A DNA stretch of 26,929 bases from Sporichthyaceae bacterium (lineage in GTDB: Bacteria; Actinomycetota; Actinomycetes; Sporichthyales; Sporichthyaceae), in assembly GCA_036493475.1 (NCBI GenBank), contig DASXPS010000171.1, positions 1 to 26,929 on the forward strand, read 5' to 3'. The notes below the pieces were generated by a model. It was not told the DNA's origin, ran no database searches, and worked only from the letters and a program-made list of their open reading frames with translations. The translations under genes were made by a program, and so were the position numbers. How positions within the stretch are numbered: position 1 is the stretch's first letter; each line of letters begins with the position of its first letter. Positions 16,115 through 25,172 of this stretch are shown piece by piece.

Positions 16115-16992
16115 GGCGCGGTCCCGGCGACCACGATCATTTCGCAGGGCCCGACCCAACCGTCGGGCCCTTCGAATGCCTTCAGGCGATCGGCGATCTC
16201 GGCCCAGGTGGCGTCGCGGCCGGCTTGGTCGAGCCCGGCCATCATCTGATGCAACGCGCCGAACGATTCCTGCGCGAACCGTACGAAGTCCGCGGTGCTG
16301 GGCAGGCACACCGGGGCGTCCAGCCGCACGGCGGAGACGTCCACGAACCCGGCGTCGGCCAGGGCTTGCTCGGCCACGCCCGGATCGCCCAGACAGAACG
16401 GGCCGGGGGCGCCGGGCGGCGGGGGAGCCAGGTTCGCGCGTTCCCGGATCACGCTGATCGGGATGGAGAAGAACGTGTTCGCCGCAGGGGTGGAGTAGAC
16501 CAGCGCCGCGTGGCGGCCACCCGACCGCAGCGCGCGGCGGATGCCTTGCAGGGCCGCAATGCGATCGGGGAAATAGATCAGCCCGACGCGGCTGATCGCC
16601 GCGTCGTAGCAGCCGGGCTCGACCTCGAGTTGCTCGCCGTCCATCACCCGTACCGCGACGTTGGTCAGACCCGCGGCCCGGGCGTTGTGCTCGGCCAGCG
16701 CGAGGATCGCCGGGGCGATGTCGGTGGCCAGCACCCGCCCGTCAGGGCCGACCCGGCGGGCCGCGACCAGCGTCTGCCCGCCGGAACCGGCCGCGACGTC
16801 GAGCACCCGGCAGCCGGTGCTGACCCCGGCCAGGTCGAGCATGGTGTCGGTGGCCGGGCCCAGCCATTTCTCGATGGTCGGTCCCCAATTGTCCCAGGCC
16901 GTGGCGGCCGACTGCCACTGGTCGCGGGTAGTGGCCTTGTAGGCCTGCGCGTCGAAGGTGGGGGTGGTCATCGGGATCTCCTCACGGAGCAT
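16111..16992 (-). CDS. Class I SAM-dependent methyltransferase. Alternative start ATG 16971 with SD GAGGAG.
   Basis: SAM-binding motif VLDVAAGSGGQT ... GRVLATDIAP ... DAAISRVGLIYFPD. The ATG at 16992 overlaps the upstream HEAT gene stop by 1 nt (TGATG). Confidence 0.8.
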   Translation of the reverse strand: MLREEIPMTTPTFDAQAYKATTRDQWQSAATAWDNWGPTIEKWLGPATDTMLDLAGVSTGCRVLDVAAGSGGQTLVAARRVGPDGRVLATDIAPAILALAEHNARAAGLTNVAVRVMDGEQLEVEPGCYDAAISRVGLIYFPDRIAALQGIRRALRSGGRHAALVYSTPAANTFFSIPISVIRERANLAPPPPGAPGPFCLGDPGVAEQALADAGFVDVSAVRLDAPVCLPSTADFVRFAQESFGALHQMMAGLDQAGRDATWAEIADRLKAFEGPDGWVGPCEMIVVAGTAP

Positions 16993-17894
16993 CAGACGTG
17001 TTCGATCCAGCCGTAGATGTCGGCCGGGTCCATGCCGGCCAGTACATCCGGGTGGTCGGTGGTCATGTTGGGGAGATCATGCCGGCGCGGGTGCAGGTCG
17101 GCGGATGGGTGCGCGTCGAGGTCAACGGCGTGCGGGGGATTCGCTGCTGCCCGGCCCGCAGGGGCGACGCGGGTCAGGGCGCGGGCGGCGCGGGACCGGA
17201 CCTCCGGGTCCGGGTCCTCGTGCAGCAGCCGGGTCAGCGGCTCGGTGGCGTTGCGCGCCCCGATCAGGCCGAGGGCGTCGGCGCAAACCGAGCGCACCGC
17301 GGGGCGTTGCTCGTCCAGGCCCCAGAGCAGGCCGGGCACGGCGGGGCTGCCCAGGCGGACCAGGCTGTGCAGGACCAGGGCCGGCTCCAGCCCCCGGCGG
17401 CGAACGAGTCCGGCGACCAGGGCGTTGGCGGCGGCGGGCGCGCCGCTGTAACCGAGTCCGCGGACCGCGGCCCGGCGCACCGCGGGGTCGTGGTCGGCGA
17501 GCAGGCGGAGGAGTTCGCGGGCGCAGGTCTGTGGGGCCAAAGTGCCCGGGGTCTCGGCGGCGCGGGCCCGGTGTCGGTTGGGCAGCCGGGTGCGGCGCAG
17601 CGAGCGGGCCACCGCGCCGCGCGCACGCATCAGCTCGATCAACCGGCTGCGGGCGTCGTAGGGCAGCTGGGCGAGCATGGTGAGCAGGGTTGGTTCGATG
17701 AGCAGCCAGCAGCGGCGGTCGGACCGCGCCAGGTGTTCCAGCGCGCCGGGTTGCTCGGCCTGCACCGCGTGCAGGAACGGCTGCACGTAACTGCGCAGCG
17801 CCTCGTCGCGTTGTGCCGCGGTTACCGCGTGCCCGCGGCGGCCCGCGAGGCACGAGGCCACCAGCAACGCGACGCTGAACAGGGTGTACAGCAT
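16992..17894 (-). CDS. HEAT/PBS-lyase repeat protein with an N-terminal TM anchor (about 300 aa). Start coordinate uncertain by 1 nt.
   Basis: MLYTLFSVALLVASCLAG TM segment. Repeated DPAVRRAAVRGLG / DPDPEVRSRAARAL HEAT-like units. SD GGGAGGA upstream of this ATG. The upstream part of the 425-aa ORF is Arg/Pro-rich and probably not coding. Confidence 0.6.
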   Translation of the reverse strand: MLYTLFSVALLVASCLAGRRGHAVTAAQRDEALRSYVQPFLHAVQAEQPGALEHLARSDRRCWLLIEPTLLTMLAQLPYDARSRLIELMRARGAVARSLRRTRLPNRHRARAAETPGTLAPQTCARELLRLLADHDPAVRRAAVRGLGYSGAPAAANALVAGLVRRRGLEPALVLHSLVRLGSPAVPGLLWGLDEQRPAVRSVCADALGLIGARNATEPLTRLLHEDPDPEVRSRAARALTRVAPAGRAAANPPHAVDLDAHPSADLHPRRHDLPNMTTDHPDVLAGMDPADIYGWIEHV

Positions 17895-18035
17895 GTCGAG
17901 GGTCCTCCCAGCCGTGGTGCGGGTGCCGCCTCCAGCACCCGCACGACGCGTAATGCTTCGGTCAAGCGGCGGCAATGCTTGAGGGGACGGACTCCCGGGT
18001 TGGAGCGGGTCCCCGGCCCGGAGAAGATGGGGCGC

Positions 18036-18893
18036 ATGGGATACGCGCGGCGGATGTGGGCGCGGTACGAGCCGATTCATGCGGTGACGTACTTCGCGCC
18101 GGAGTGCAAGGCGGTCACGGACGCGCTGGGGATGCGCGGGTTCTGGATGGGGTACTGCGCGACGCGCTGTGCGCCGCTGGGCGAGGTCGGGCCGGAGGTG
18201 GCCACCGCGGTGTTCTACGGCTTCCACCCGCAGCGGGCACGGCGGGCACTGCCGGACGCGTGGCGGCACACCTCCGCGGCGCAGGCACTGGCCGCGCGAC
18301 TGGCCGGGATGGACGAGGCGATGCGCCGGTTATGGGGGGACGCGGTCGAGTCACCGGCGGTGGCCGAGGCGGCAGAGTTGGCCGTGGCGGCGGCCCGGGC
18401 GGCGGACTGTGCGGGCCGGGCGCTGGCCGCGGCCAACCAGGCGCTGCCCTGCCCCGACGCCCCGCACCTGGCGCTGTGGCAGGCCACCACCGTGTTGCGT
18501 GAGCATCGGGGGGACGGACACAACGCGGTGCTGATTTCCCGTCAGATCTCACCGGTGCAGGCACACCTGCTCAAGGCCGGGTCCGGGGAGAGCGAGGGTG
18601 AGGCGCTGCGTGTGGGTCGGGTCTGGCCGGAGGAGGTATGGGCGGCCGAGGTGGACAGCATGCGGCGCGCAGGGTTGCTGGATGGCGACGGGGTGTTGAC
18701 TGCGGCCGGCGCGGCGTTGCACTCCGAAATCGAGGCGGCCACCGATGCCGCGGCCGAGCAGCCGTGGCAGGCGCTCGGTGTGGTCGGCACCGAGCGGTTG
18801 GCGCAGTTGCTGACGCCGTTGGCGCGCATGGTGATCGACAGCGGCACGTTGCCGGTGCCCAATCCCGTCGGCGTAGGCCTCGAGGACCTCTAG
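18036..18893 (+). CDS. Conserved actinobacterial hypothetical protein (possibly SCO6745-like family). Start ATG 18027 or 18036.
   Basis: Coherent 285-aa C-terminal portion of ORF 16998..18893: YEPIHAVTYFAPECKAVTDALGMRGFWMGYCATRCAPLG .... The 5' two-thirds of that ORF is antisense to the HEAT gene and rejected. Confidence 0.55.
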   Translation: MGYARRMWARYEPIHAVTYFAPECKAVTDALGMRGFWMGYCATRCAPLGEVGPEVATAVFYGFHPQRARRALPDAWRHTSAAQALAARLAGMDEAMRRLWGDAVESPAVAEAAELAVAAARAADCAGRALAAANQALPCPDAPHLALWQATTVLREHRGDGHNAVLISRQISPVQAHLLKAGSGESEGEALRVGRVWPEEVWAAEVDSMRRAGLLDGDGVLTAAGAALHSEIEAATDAAAEQPWQALGVVGTERLAQLLTPLARMVIDSGTLPVPNPVGVGLEDL

Positions 18894-18909
18894 CGTCACG
18901 CCCGTTCCC

Positions 18910-18969
18910 CCGAAAGCGCAGAAGCGCTCGTACAACCGCGCGTTTTTACGCGCGGTTCTGCGCTTTCGG
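18910..18969. terminator. Bidirectional intrinsic terminator between convergent genes. Long hairpin CCGAAAGCGCAGAA...CCGCGCG-TTTTTA-CGCGCGG-TTCTGCGCTTTCGG with an 11-nt bulge in the left arm.
   Basis: Inverted repeat read directly. T5 run in the loop region. Located between the stop at 18893 (+) and the stop at 18984 (-). Confidence 0.55.
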
Positions 18970-18983
18970 CGTGGTGTCGGGGG

Positions 18984-20198
18984 TCAGCCGAAGACCGAGA
19001 CCTCGCGCAGGCTGGTGAAGAAGCCGCCGGTTGCGGTCTGCACCCGCACGAAGCGGACCGGGGCCCCGGACAGCGGTTGGACGTAGAAGCCCTGCGTGCT
19101 GGTGCTGGACGACGGGGCGGGCAGGTCGCGGAAGTGCGTGCCGTCCGCGCTGACCGTGACCGTGCAGGTGAACGCGCAACCGCGGACCACCAGCAGCGTG
19201 GCGCGCACCGAGCGGGACAGCGTGATCAGCACGTCGCGGTGGTCGTGCTGTGCGGTGCCCGGGCACGGGCCGCTCGCGCAGCGCGGATCGTCGTCGGGCT
19301 GCCAGGCCATGCCCAGGGCACCGTCGGTGAGCCCGCACGGGCGTTGCTTGCGGGGCCTGCCCTGACTGTCCGTCACTGTGCAGGAGGCGGCGCGGCTGGC
19401 GGGCACGGTGTCGCCGGCGAACACCCGGGTCGCGGAGAGCGTCGCGTCGTTGTGGCCGATCTTCGCGGGCTGCGTAGCATCGATCAGCAGCCGGCTGTCC
19501 TCGCCGATGCGCAGGTCGAACGGCAATCCCACCGGACTCTCGGTGAGGTCGGTTTTTGCCGTGGAAACATCACCGTCGGCAGGTAGTTGGGTGACGGTGA
19601 CCGTGGTCGGGCCGGTCGCGATGGCCCCGTCCACCGCCGGCATGACCACCTGCAGCTGATTGCCGGTGGGCCGCAACCGCGCCGGTGCGCCGGCCAACGG
19701 GACGTCGACCTTTGCCCCGGCGGTGTCCCTGGCGGGCAGCACCAGGCTGGTGCCCACCCGGGAGCCGGGATCCTCGGGTGAGGACGGACCGACCACTCCG
19801 AGGGCCACCGCGATCGGGGCGTCCCCGTTGTTGGTGGGCATGGGCACCGCATAGGAACCGTCCAACGCGACGGTGCCGTGACTGGTCGGCGCGCGACAAC
19901 CGCGCTTCTCCGTGAAACAACTCAGACCCAGGCTGAACGCGGCCTCCACGCCGACCGCGGCGCGTTCGGCCTTGCTGCGCAGCAGGGTCACGGTGACCGC
20001 GGCGCCGGGCACCGGAGCGCCCGCGGTATTCATGACCGTCCCGGTCATCGCCGGGCCGGTCACCGCGGCGGCATGTGGGGGCAGGTTGTTGGGGCCGACA
20101 GGGGCGGTACCACCCGCCTCGGTGGAGGAGTCCACGCAGCCGACCAACAGGCTCAGGGCGGCCACCAGCCCGGCCGCTATGCGCGCCGGGCCCGTCAT
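18984..20198 (-). CDS. Putative lipoprotein with a C-terminal discoidin/F5-8-type-C-like carbohydrate-binding region.
   Basis: Signal peptide with lipobox LLVGC. 404 aa, Gly/Ala/Thr/Val-rich beta-type composition. C-terminus FRDLPAPSSSTSTQGFYVQPLSGAPVRFVRVQ. Confidence 0.65.
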   Translation of the reverse strand: MTGPARIAAGLVAALSLLVGCVDSSTEAGGTAPVGPNNLPPHAAAVTGPAMTGTVMNTAGAPVPGAAVTVTLLRSKAERAAVGVEAAFSLGLSCFTEKRGCRAPTSHGTVALDGSYAVPMPTNNGDAPIAVALGVVGPSSPEDPGSRVGTSLVLPARDTAGAKVDVPLAGAPARLRPTGNQLQVVMPAVDGAIATGPTTVTVTQLPADGDVSTAKTDLTESPVGLPFDLRIGEDSRLLIDATQPAKIGHNDATLSATRVFAGDTVPASRAASCTVTDSQGRPRKQRPCGLTDGALGMAWQPDDDPRCASGPCPGTAQHDHRDVLITLSRSVRATLLVVRGCAFTCTVTVSADGTHFRDLPAPSSSTSTQGFYVQPLSGAPVRFVRVQTATGGFFTSLREVSVFG

Positions 20199-20306
20199 AT
20201 GTCCAGCGTAGCCGGCACCGAGTCGTCATCCGGCCGATGAGTTTGCGTCCCACGGGGCATCTAGGTTGCGACAGACCGGTCCACACCCACGTTCGAGGAG
20301 ATCGAC

Positions 20307-20765
20307 ATGGCGGCCAATTTCGTACCCGACGGTTTCCCCCGGGTCACCCCGTACCTGTCCGTGGACGGGGCATCGGCGGCGATCGCCTTCTACACCGAGG
20401 TGCTGGAGGCCACCGAACGGTTCCGGATGCCCGGCCCGGACGGGAAGATCGGGCACGCGGAGATCGCCTTCGGGGACTCCGTGGTGATGCTGGCCGACCT
20501 GTGCACGGATGCTCAGCGCAGTCCGCTGCAGCTGGGCGGCAGCCCCGTCACGATCATGGTTTACGTCCCGGACGTGGACGCCACCTACGTCCGGGCGGTG
20601 GCCGCGGGGGCGCAGGGCACCGCGGAGCCGGAGGACAAGTTCTACGGCGATCGTGGTGCGACCATCACCGACCCGTGGGGCCACCAGTGGCACCTGGCCA
20701 CGCACGTGGAGGACATCTCGGAGGAGGAGATGGACAAGCGCCTGAAAGCAATGACGGGCGGCTGA
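20307..20765 (+). CDS. VOC-family (glyoxalase / bleomycin-resistance fold) protein.
   Basis: 152 aa. PhnB-like pattern RVTPYLSVDGASAAIAFYTEVL ... GHAEIAFGDSVVMLAD ... ITDPWGHQWHL. Confidence 0.8.
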   Translation: MAANFVPDGFPRVTPYLSVDGASAAIAFYTEVLEATERFRMPGPDGKIGHAEIAFGDSVVMLADLCTDAQRSPLQLGGSPVTIMVYVPDVDATYVRAVAAGAQGTAEPEDKFYGDRGATITDPWGHQWHLATHVEDISEEEMDKRLKAMTGG

Positions 20766-20772
20766 GCGGGCC

Positions 20773-21624
20773 TCAGCGGGCGGCTTCGTGCAGCTGCGCG
20801 ACGAACTCGGTCACCGTGGTCACGAACGCGTCGTTGTTGTCGGCGGCCGCGGTGTGCGCCGCCCCGGCGATGTCGGCCACCTGCAGATGGGGGGCGAGTT
20901 CGCGCATGGCGGCGATGCCCTCGTCGTCCACCACGTCGGAGAGCACGCCCCGGATCAGCAGGATCGGCACGGCGATCTGCGCGACCGCGGCCTCCACCTC
21001 CAGTTGACGGGCGTGCACGTCCCAGCCGCGGCCGTGCACCATCCGGGGGTCCCAGTGCCAGACCAGCCGACCGTCCTCCCGCTCCCGCAGGTTGCGCCGC
21101 AATCCCTGGGTCAGCGTGGGGCGGGGTCGGTGCGGCAGATACGCGGCGACCGCGTCGGCGGCGGCCTCGATGTCGGGGAATCCGTCCGGGGCGGAACGCA
21201 TGAACTCCACGATGCGTTCGGTGCCCTCCAGGCGCAGTCGGGGCACCACGTCGACCAGCACCAGACCGGATACCAGCTCGCCCAGCGCCGGGGCGGCCAG
21301 CATGGACGCCCACCCGCCCATGCTCGCCCCGACCAGCACCACCGGAGCGCGACCCAGCGCGGACACCACGTGGCACAGGTCGGCACCGAAATCGCGGGGC
21401 TCGTAGGCAGCGTCCTGCGACCACTCGCTGTCCCCGTGCCCGCGCTGGTCCAGGGCGACGGCCCGGAAGCCGCGCTCGGCCAGCGCATTCAACGCGCTGC
21501 CCCAGGACCCACGGGTCTGGCCGCCACCGTGCACCAGCAGCACCAGCGGGCCGTCCGCGGGCCCGGCGGCCTCGGCGGCCAAGGTGAGCCCGTCGCCCGG
21601 CAGCGAGAGAATCCGGTGGTCCAT
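20773..21624 (-). CDS. Alpha/beta-fold hydrolase.
   Basis: LVLLVHGGGQTRGSW ... ALDQRGHGDS ... nucleophile elbow GASMGG. Start ATG at 21624 (MDHRILSLPG). Confidence 0.75.
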   Translation of the reverse strand: MDHRILSLPGDGLTLAAEAAGPADGPLVLLVHGGGQTRGSWGSALNALAERGFRAVALDQRGHGDSEWSQDAAYEPRDFGADLCHVVSALGRAPVVLVGASMGGWASMLAAPALGELVSGLVLVDVVPRLRLEGTERIVEFMRSAPDGFPDIEAAADAVAAYLPHRPRPTLTQGLRRNLREREDGRLVWHWDPRMVHGRGWDVHARQLEVEAAVAQIAVPILLIRGVLSDVVDDEGIAAMRELAPHLQVADIAGAAHTAAADNNDAFVTTVTEFVAQLHEAAR

Positions 21625-21688
21625 TACTCGACAGTACGCCGGCGTACCCGGCAGTAGACGCGCCGGTAGGTGTCGGCAGGATCGGGTC

Positions 21689-22543
21689 ATGGATTTCGAG
21701 CAGATTCGCCTGGACGTGGCCGGGCCGGTGGCCACGATCACCCTGAACCGCCCGGACAAACTGAACGCGTTCACCCCGCAGATGGGTGCGGAGCTCGTCG
21801 CCGCCTTCGACCGCACCGATGCCGACGACGCCGTCCGCGCGGTGGTGATGACCGGCGCCGGGCGCGGGTTCTGCGCGGGCGCGGACCTGCACCGCGGCGG
21901 CGAGTCGAGGGCGACGTTCGACTATGACTCCCTGGACCATCGGGACAGCGGCGGGTTGGTCTCGCTGCGCATCTTCGCCTCGCTCAAGCCGGTGATCGCG
22001 GCCGTCAACGGCCCGGCGGTCGGGGTGGGCATCACCATGCTGCTGCCCGCCGATGTGCGGCTGGCCGTGGAGGGGGCCAAGTTCGGGTTCGTGTTCGCCC
22101 GGCGCGGCATCGTGCCGGAGGCTGCCTCGAGTTGGTTCCTGCCGCGGCTGGTGGGCATCAGTCGGGCGTTGGAGTGGGCCACCACCGGGCGGGTATTCGA
22201 TGCCGCCGAGGCGTTGGCCGGTGGGTTGGTGCGCTCGGTGCACCCCGCCGACCAACTGCTGCCGACGGCTTATGCGTTGGCCGCGGAGATCGCGGAGAAC
22301 ACCGCCCCGGTATCCGTGGCGCTGACCCGGCAGATGATGTGGCGCATGCTCGGCGCGGACCACCCGATGGTTGCCCACCAGGTGGACTCGCGCATGGTCG
22401 CCGAACGCGGCAAGTCCGCCGACGCCGCGGAGGGCATCACGTCGTTCCTGGAAAAGCGGCCGCCGGCCTACCCGGACACCGTGTCCCGGAACATGCCGCA
22501 CAGCTTCCCGTGGTGGACCGAGCGGGCGTTCCAGCCGCTTTAA
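21689..22543 (+). CDS. Enoyl-CoA hydratase/isomerase family protein.
   Basis: ATITLNRPDKLNAF ... VVMTGAGRGFCAGADL ... AAVNGPAVGVG crotonase signature. ATG at 21689. Confidence 0.85.
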   Translation: MDFEQIRLDVAGPVATITLNRPDKLNAFTPQMGAELVAAFDRTDADDAVRAVVMTGAGRGFCAGADLHRGGESRATFDYDSLDHRDSGGLVSLRIFASLKPVIAAVNGPAVGVGITMLLPADVRLAVEGAKFGFVFARRGIVPEAASSWFLPRLVGISRALEWATTGRVFDAAEALAGGLVRSVHPADQLLPTAYALAAEIAENTAPVSVALTRQMMWRMLGADHPMVAHQVDSRMVAERGKSADAAEGITSFLEKRPPAYPDTVSRNMPHSFPWWTERAFQPL

Positions 22544-22574
22544 CCGGGCCGTTTCGCTCGACTGAGATGTGACG

Positions 22575-23594
22575 TCACGTCAGTTCCAGGGTCGCGGCGA
22601 GTAGCCGCGGGATCGCGACGCGCAGGCGGGCGAAGAACTCGTCCTCGGTGGTGCTCGCCAGGAAGCGGGTGTAGGAAGCCTCCAGCAGCAGGGCCATCTT
22701 CCACATGGCCAACACCTGATACCAGGTGACGTCGGCGAGGCTCAGCGGTTGCCCGGTGGCCTTGGCGTAGGCGTCAACGAGACCGGCGCGGTCGTAGTAG
22801 CCGTCCCGCAGGGTGACGTCACCGAGCAATTCGAAAGCGTCGGCGGCCTTCCGGGAGTCGGGCCAGAACGCGAACAGGAAGCCCAGGTCGGCCAGCGGGT
22901 CACCGAGGGTGGCCATCTCCCAGTCCAGCACGCCGGTGACCGTGGCGGTGTGCTCGTCGACGAGCACGTTGTCCAGCTTGTAGTCGCCGTGCACCAGGGT
23001 GGACGGGCGTTCGTCGGGGACGTGGGCGAACAACCACTCGCGCACCGCGGGTTCGTCGTGCAGCGAGCGCACCCCGGACGCGACGAACTCGTCACGTTGT
23101 CCGGACCAGCGCGTGAGCTGGCGTGCCAGGTAGCCGCCGGTGCGGCCGAGCTTGGCCGCTTCAAACGGGGCGGTGGGCAGCCGATGCAGTTCGGCGAGAG
23201 TCTCCACCACGCTGATCGAGATCGTGCTGCGCTGGGCCGGCGTGGTCAGCCAGGCCGGCTCGTTCTGCCGGATCGCGTGGCCGGGCAGCCGGGTCATGGC
23301 ATAGACCGGGCCGGGCGGGTCCGCTGTCATGGCGACCACTCGCGGGGTGCGGGTGGCGCCGACCTGCTCGAGGACGGTGAGCAGGCGGGCCTCGCGCAGC
23401 ACGTCGTGTGCGCTGGCCGCGAAGTGACCGAACGGGGGGCGGCGCACGATGTAGCTGTCCGGGCCGCGGTAGGCGGCCAGCACGAGGTTGGAGTGCCCGG
23501 CGACGATCGGTTCCAGGCGCACCTCGTCGGTGCCGGGCAGCGTCTGGGTCAGCCACACCACCGCGGCGGCCGACCACTCCGCGAGCGCGTCCAC
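22575..23594 (-). CDS. Phosphotransferase (APH-like kinase) family protein, of the type commonly associated with acyl-CoA dehydrogenases.
   Basis: HGDYKLDNVLVD catalytic loop and DWEMATLGDP. 339 aa. Confidence 0.8.
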   Translation of the reverse strand: MDALAEWSAAAVVWLTQTLPGTDEVRLEPIVAGHSNLVLAAYRGPDSYIVRRPPFGHFAASAHDVLREARLLTVLEQVGATRTPRVVAMTADPPGPVYAMTRLPGHAIRQNEPAWLTTPAQRSTISISVVETLAELHRLPTAPFEAAKLGRTGGYLARQLTRWSGQRDEFVASGVRSLHDEPAVREWLFAHVPDERPSTLVHGDYKLDNVLVDEHTATVTGVLDWEMATLGDPLADLGFLFAFWPDSRKAADAFELLGDVTLRDGYYDRAGLVDAYAKATGQPLSLADVTWYQVLAMWKMALLLEASYTRFLASTTEDEFFARLRVAIPRLLAATLELT

Positions 23595-23598
23595 CCGG

Positions 23599-24411
23599 TC
23601 AATCTATGCCGACGGCCCAGGCGGTCAGCGCCTCGATGTACTCGGCCCGCAGCTCGGGGGTGGCGAGGTGATGCGGCGCGTTGCGCAGGGTGTGCCGGTG
23701 CAGGTGGGTGGGGTCACTGACGGCGGCGACGTAGTTGGCGATGGTCTGCTCGGGGATGATCGCGTCGAGGTCGGCGTCGACGATCTGGATCGGGCCCGAG
23801 AAGGCGTGCACCGCGCCCAGCGCCAGGCTCTCGGTGGGGGCCATCGGCCCGTGGCGCCGATTACGGAACGCGGGGGAGCCGGGCAGGTCGACCACCGCCA
23901 TGTCCAATACCGCATTCGGGAGGTTGGTCGGGACCCGCAGGGACAGTGCCCGGACCGGACGGTGGGTGCTGGCCAGCACGCTGAGGTAGGCGCCGAAGCT
24001 GGCCCCGACCAGCGCGATGTCCGGCGTGATCGTGGCCAAGTGGTCGATGACCGCGACCAAGTCCTCCACCCACATGCGCCCGGTGATGGTGTCCAGGTCC
24101 CCGGTGCTCTCCCCGTGCCCGCGCAGGTCATAGGCCAGCGCGGTGAAGCCCACGATGGCAAGCGCCGCCGGGATGTCCTGTGGGCGTTGGCTGCCCCAGC
24201 CATGGCTGACCACGAACGCGGTGCCGCGGGGGTTCGGCGCCTCGTGCAGCTCGGCGATGAGGGTGGCGCCGGGGACCGGGAGCTCGAGGCGGGGCACCCC
24301 GGCATCCTCGCGTGCCGCCGGGACACGCCAACTTCGGGCCGTGTAGGCACGTATAGCGGGGCGTGGATACGTTGCAACACGGCCCGAGGATGCGGTGGGG
24401 GCGGTGCCCAC
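23599..24411 (-). CDS. Alpha/beta hydrolase (dienelactone-hydrolase-like). Start may be internal.
   Basis: AFVVSHGWGS ... DLRGHGES ... nucleophile elbow GASFGAY. The stop is 4 nt from the downstream APH start, so likely one operon. Confidence 0.65.
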   Translation of the reverse strand: MGTAPTASSGRVATYPRPAIRAYTARSWRVPAAREDAGVPRLELPVPGATLIAELHEAPNPRGTAFVVSHGWGSQRPQDIPAALAIVGFTALAYDLRGHGESTGDLDTITGRMWVEDLVAVIDHLATITPDIALVGASFGAYLSVLASTHRPVRALSLRVPTNLPNAVLDMAVVDLPGSPAFRNRRHGPMAPTESLALGAVHAFSGPIQIVDADLDAIIPEQTIANYVAAVSDPTHLHRHTLRNAPHHLATPELRAEYIEALTAWAVGID

Positions 24412-24452
24412 CGGGGCCGGTTACGCTCTGCGTGCGCGCCTGTCGGCACGTT

Positions 24453-24525
24453 GGGCCGCTAGCTCAATTGGCAGAGCAGCGGACTTTTAATCCGCGGGTT
24501 CGGGGTTCGATCCCCCGGCGGCCCA
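24453..24525 (+). tRNA. tRNA-Lys (anticodon TTT). CCA not encoded.
   Basis: GGGCCGCTAGCTCAATTGGCAGAGCAGCGGACTTTTAATCCGCGGGTTCGGGGTTCGATCCCCCGGCGGCCCA. Confidence 0.85.
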
Positions 24526-24814
24526 CCCTACTGATGTATGGGCTCGGCTGATGCTTGACAGTTGAGCTTCGGCTGATGTGTGAAGCGCCGACTTGTATGG
24601 GATCCACGGGGTGCGGGTCAGGTTGATCTAGCGTCCCGCCGTGGTGTCGACCGGAACGGCTCGTGAAGCGCTTGCCGCCTTCGGGCTGGCTCTCCCAGGG
24701 TTTGTCGCCGGTCGGCACCGCGGGCTCGTGGTCTGACTCAACAGAGGACTGATCGTCCAACCGGAGCTTGAAGTCGGCGTGTCGTCCGCGGGTTACCACT
24801 GTCGTCATCGCGGA

Positions 24815-24979
24815 AGGGACGTGGTCGGGTTGGTCATCATCGGAGTCGATCCGCACAAGCGCACGCACACGGTTAGCGTCCTGGGACCGGGGTCGAGCGA
24901 GGTCCTGGCCTCGCTGCAGATCGATGCATCGCTGGCCGGCTACCGCCGGCGCTCTGGCCTCGGTCGGCTCCACCGGTGA
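24815..24979 (+). mobile_element. Remnant of an IS110-family transposase N-terminus (pseudogene fragment).
   Basis: [41 protein letters not shown] matches the IS110 DEDD N-terminal signature (GIDxHK.TH..AVLD). Truncated after about 60 aa. Confidence 0.5.
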
Positions 24980-25103
24980 CTCCTGCGACAACGCCCTGGC
25001 CGAATCCACCATCGGTCAGATCAAGACCGAACTGAGCTATCCACGACGGCCCTGGCGCAGCCACGAAGCCCTCGAGTTCGCCCTGTTCGAGTTGGCCGCG
25101 CCC
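24963..25103 (+). mobile_element. Remnant of an IS3-family OrfB (rve integrase) C-terminus (pseudogene fragment), in a different frame from the IS110 fragment.
   Basis: [40 protein letters not shown] matches the conserved end of the IS3 rve core (GDCYDNAxxESFFGTLKxExxxxRxWxTxxEA...FEYIE). Confidence 0.5.
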
Positions 25104-25172
25104 GGGGAATACCCTGGCCGATGCCGGGTCCCGCTACTGGTTGCGGCGCAGGCCCTGGGACGGCCACGCCGA

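Noticed and set aside
15056-16309. 417-aa minus-strand ORF antisense to the ACAD gene.
   Set aside because: Antisense artefact. The ACAD frame has family motifs and a proper SD.
17122-17853. 243-aa minus-strand ORF (Arg/Pro-rich).
   Set aside because: Alternate frame of the HEAT-repeat gene.
16998-18035. 5' two-thirds of the 631-aa plus-strand ORF 16998..18893.
   Set aside because: Antisense to the HEAT-repeat gene, with a Gly/Arg-rich product. Only 18036..18893 reads as a coherent protein.
19570-20286. 238-aa minus-strand ORF, and several plus-strand ORFs inside the lipoprotein gene.
   Set aside because: Alternate-frame or antisense artefacts of the 18984..20198 lipoprotein gene.
20642-22501. 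619-aa minus-strand ORF spanning the VOC, alpha/beta hydrolase and enoyl-CoA hydratase genes.
   Set aside because: Spans three well-supported genes on both strands. Arg/Gly-rich. GC artefact.
22560-22580. 10-bp perfect palindrome GTGACGTCAC between the convergent enoyl-CoA hydratase and APH genes. Considered as a CRP-type site or terminator.
   Set aside because: The spacing does not fit TGTGA-N6-TCACA. The stem is too short and AT-poor to call a terminator. Possibly just a short palindrome.
23625-24449. 274-aa minus-strand ORF in the alternate frame to the alpha/beta hydrolase gene.
   Set aside because: Pro/Arg/Ser-rich product. The 23599..24411 frame carries the GxSxG nucleophile elbow and HG oxyanion motif.
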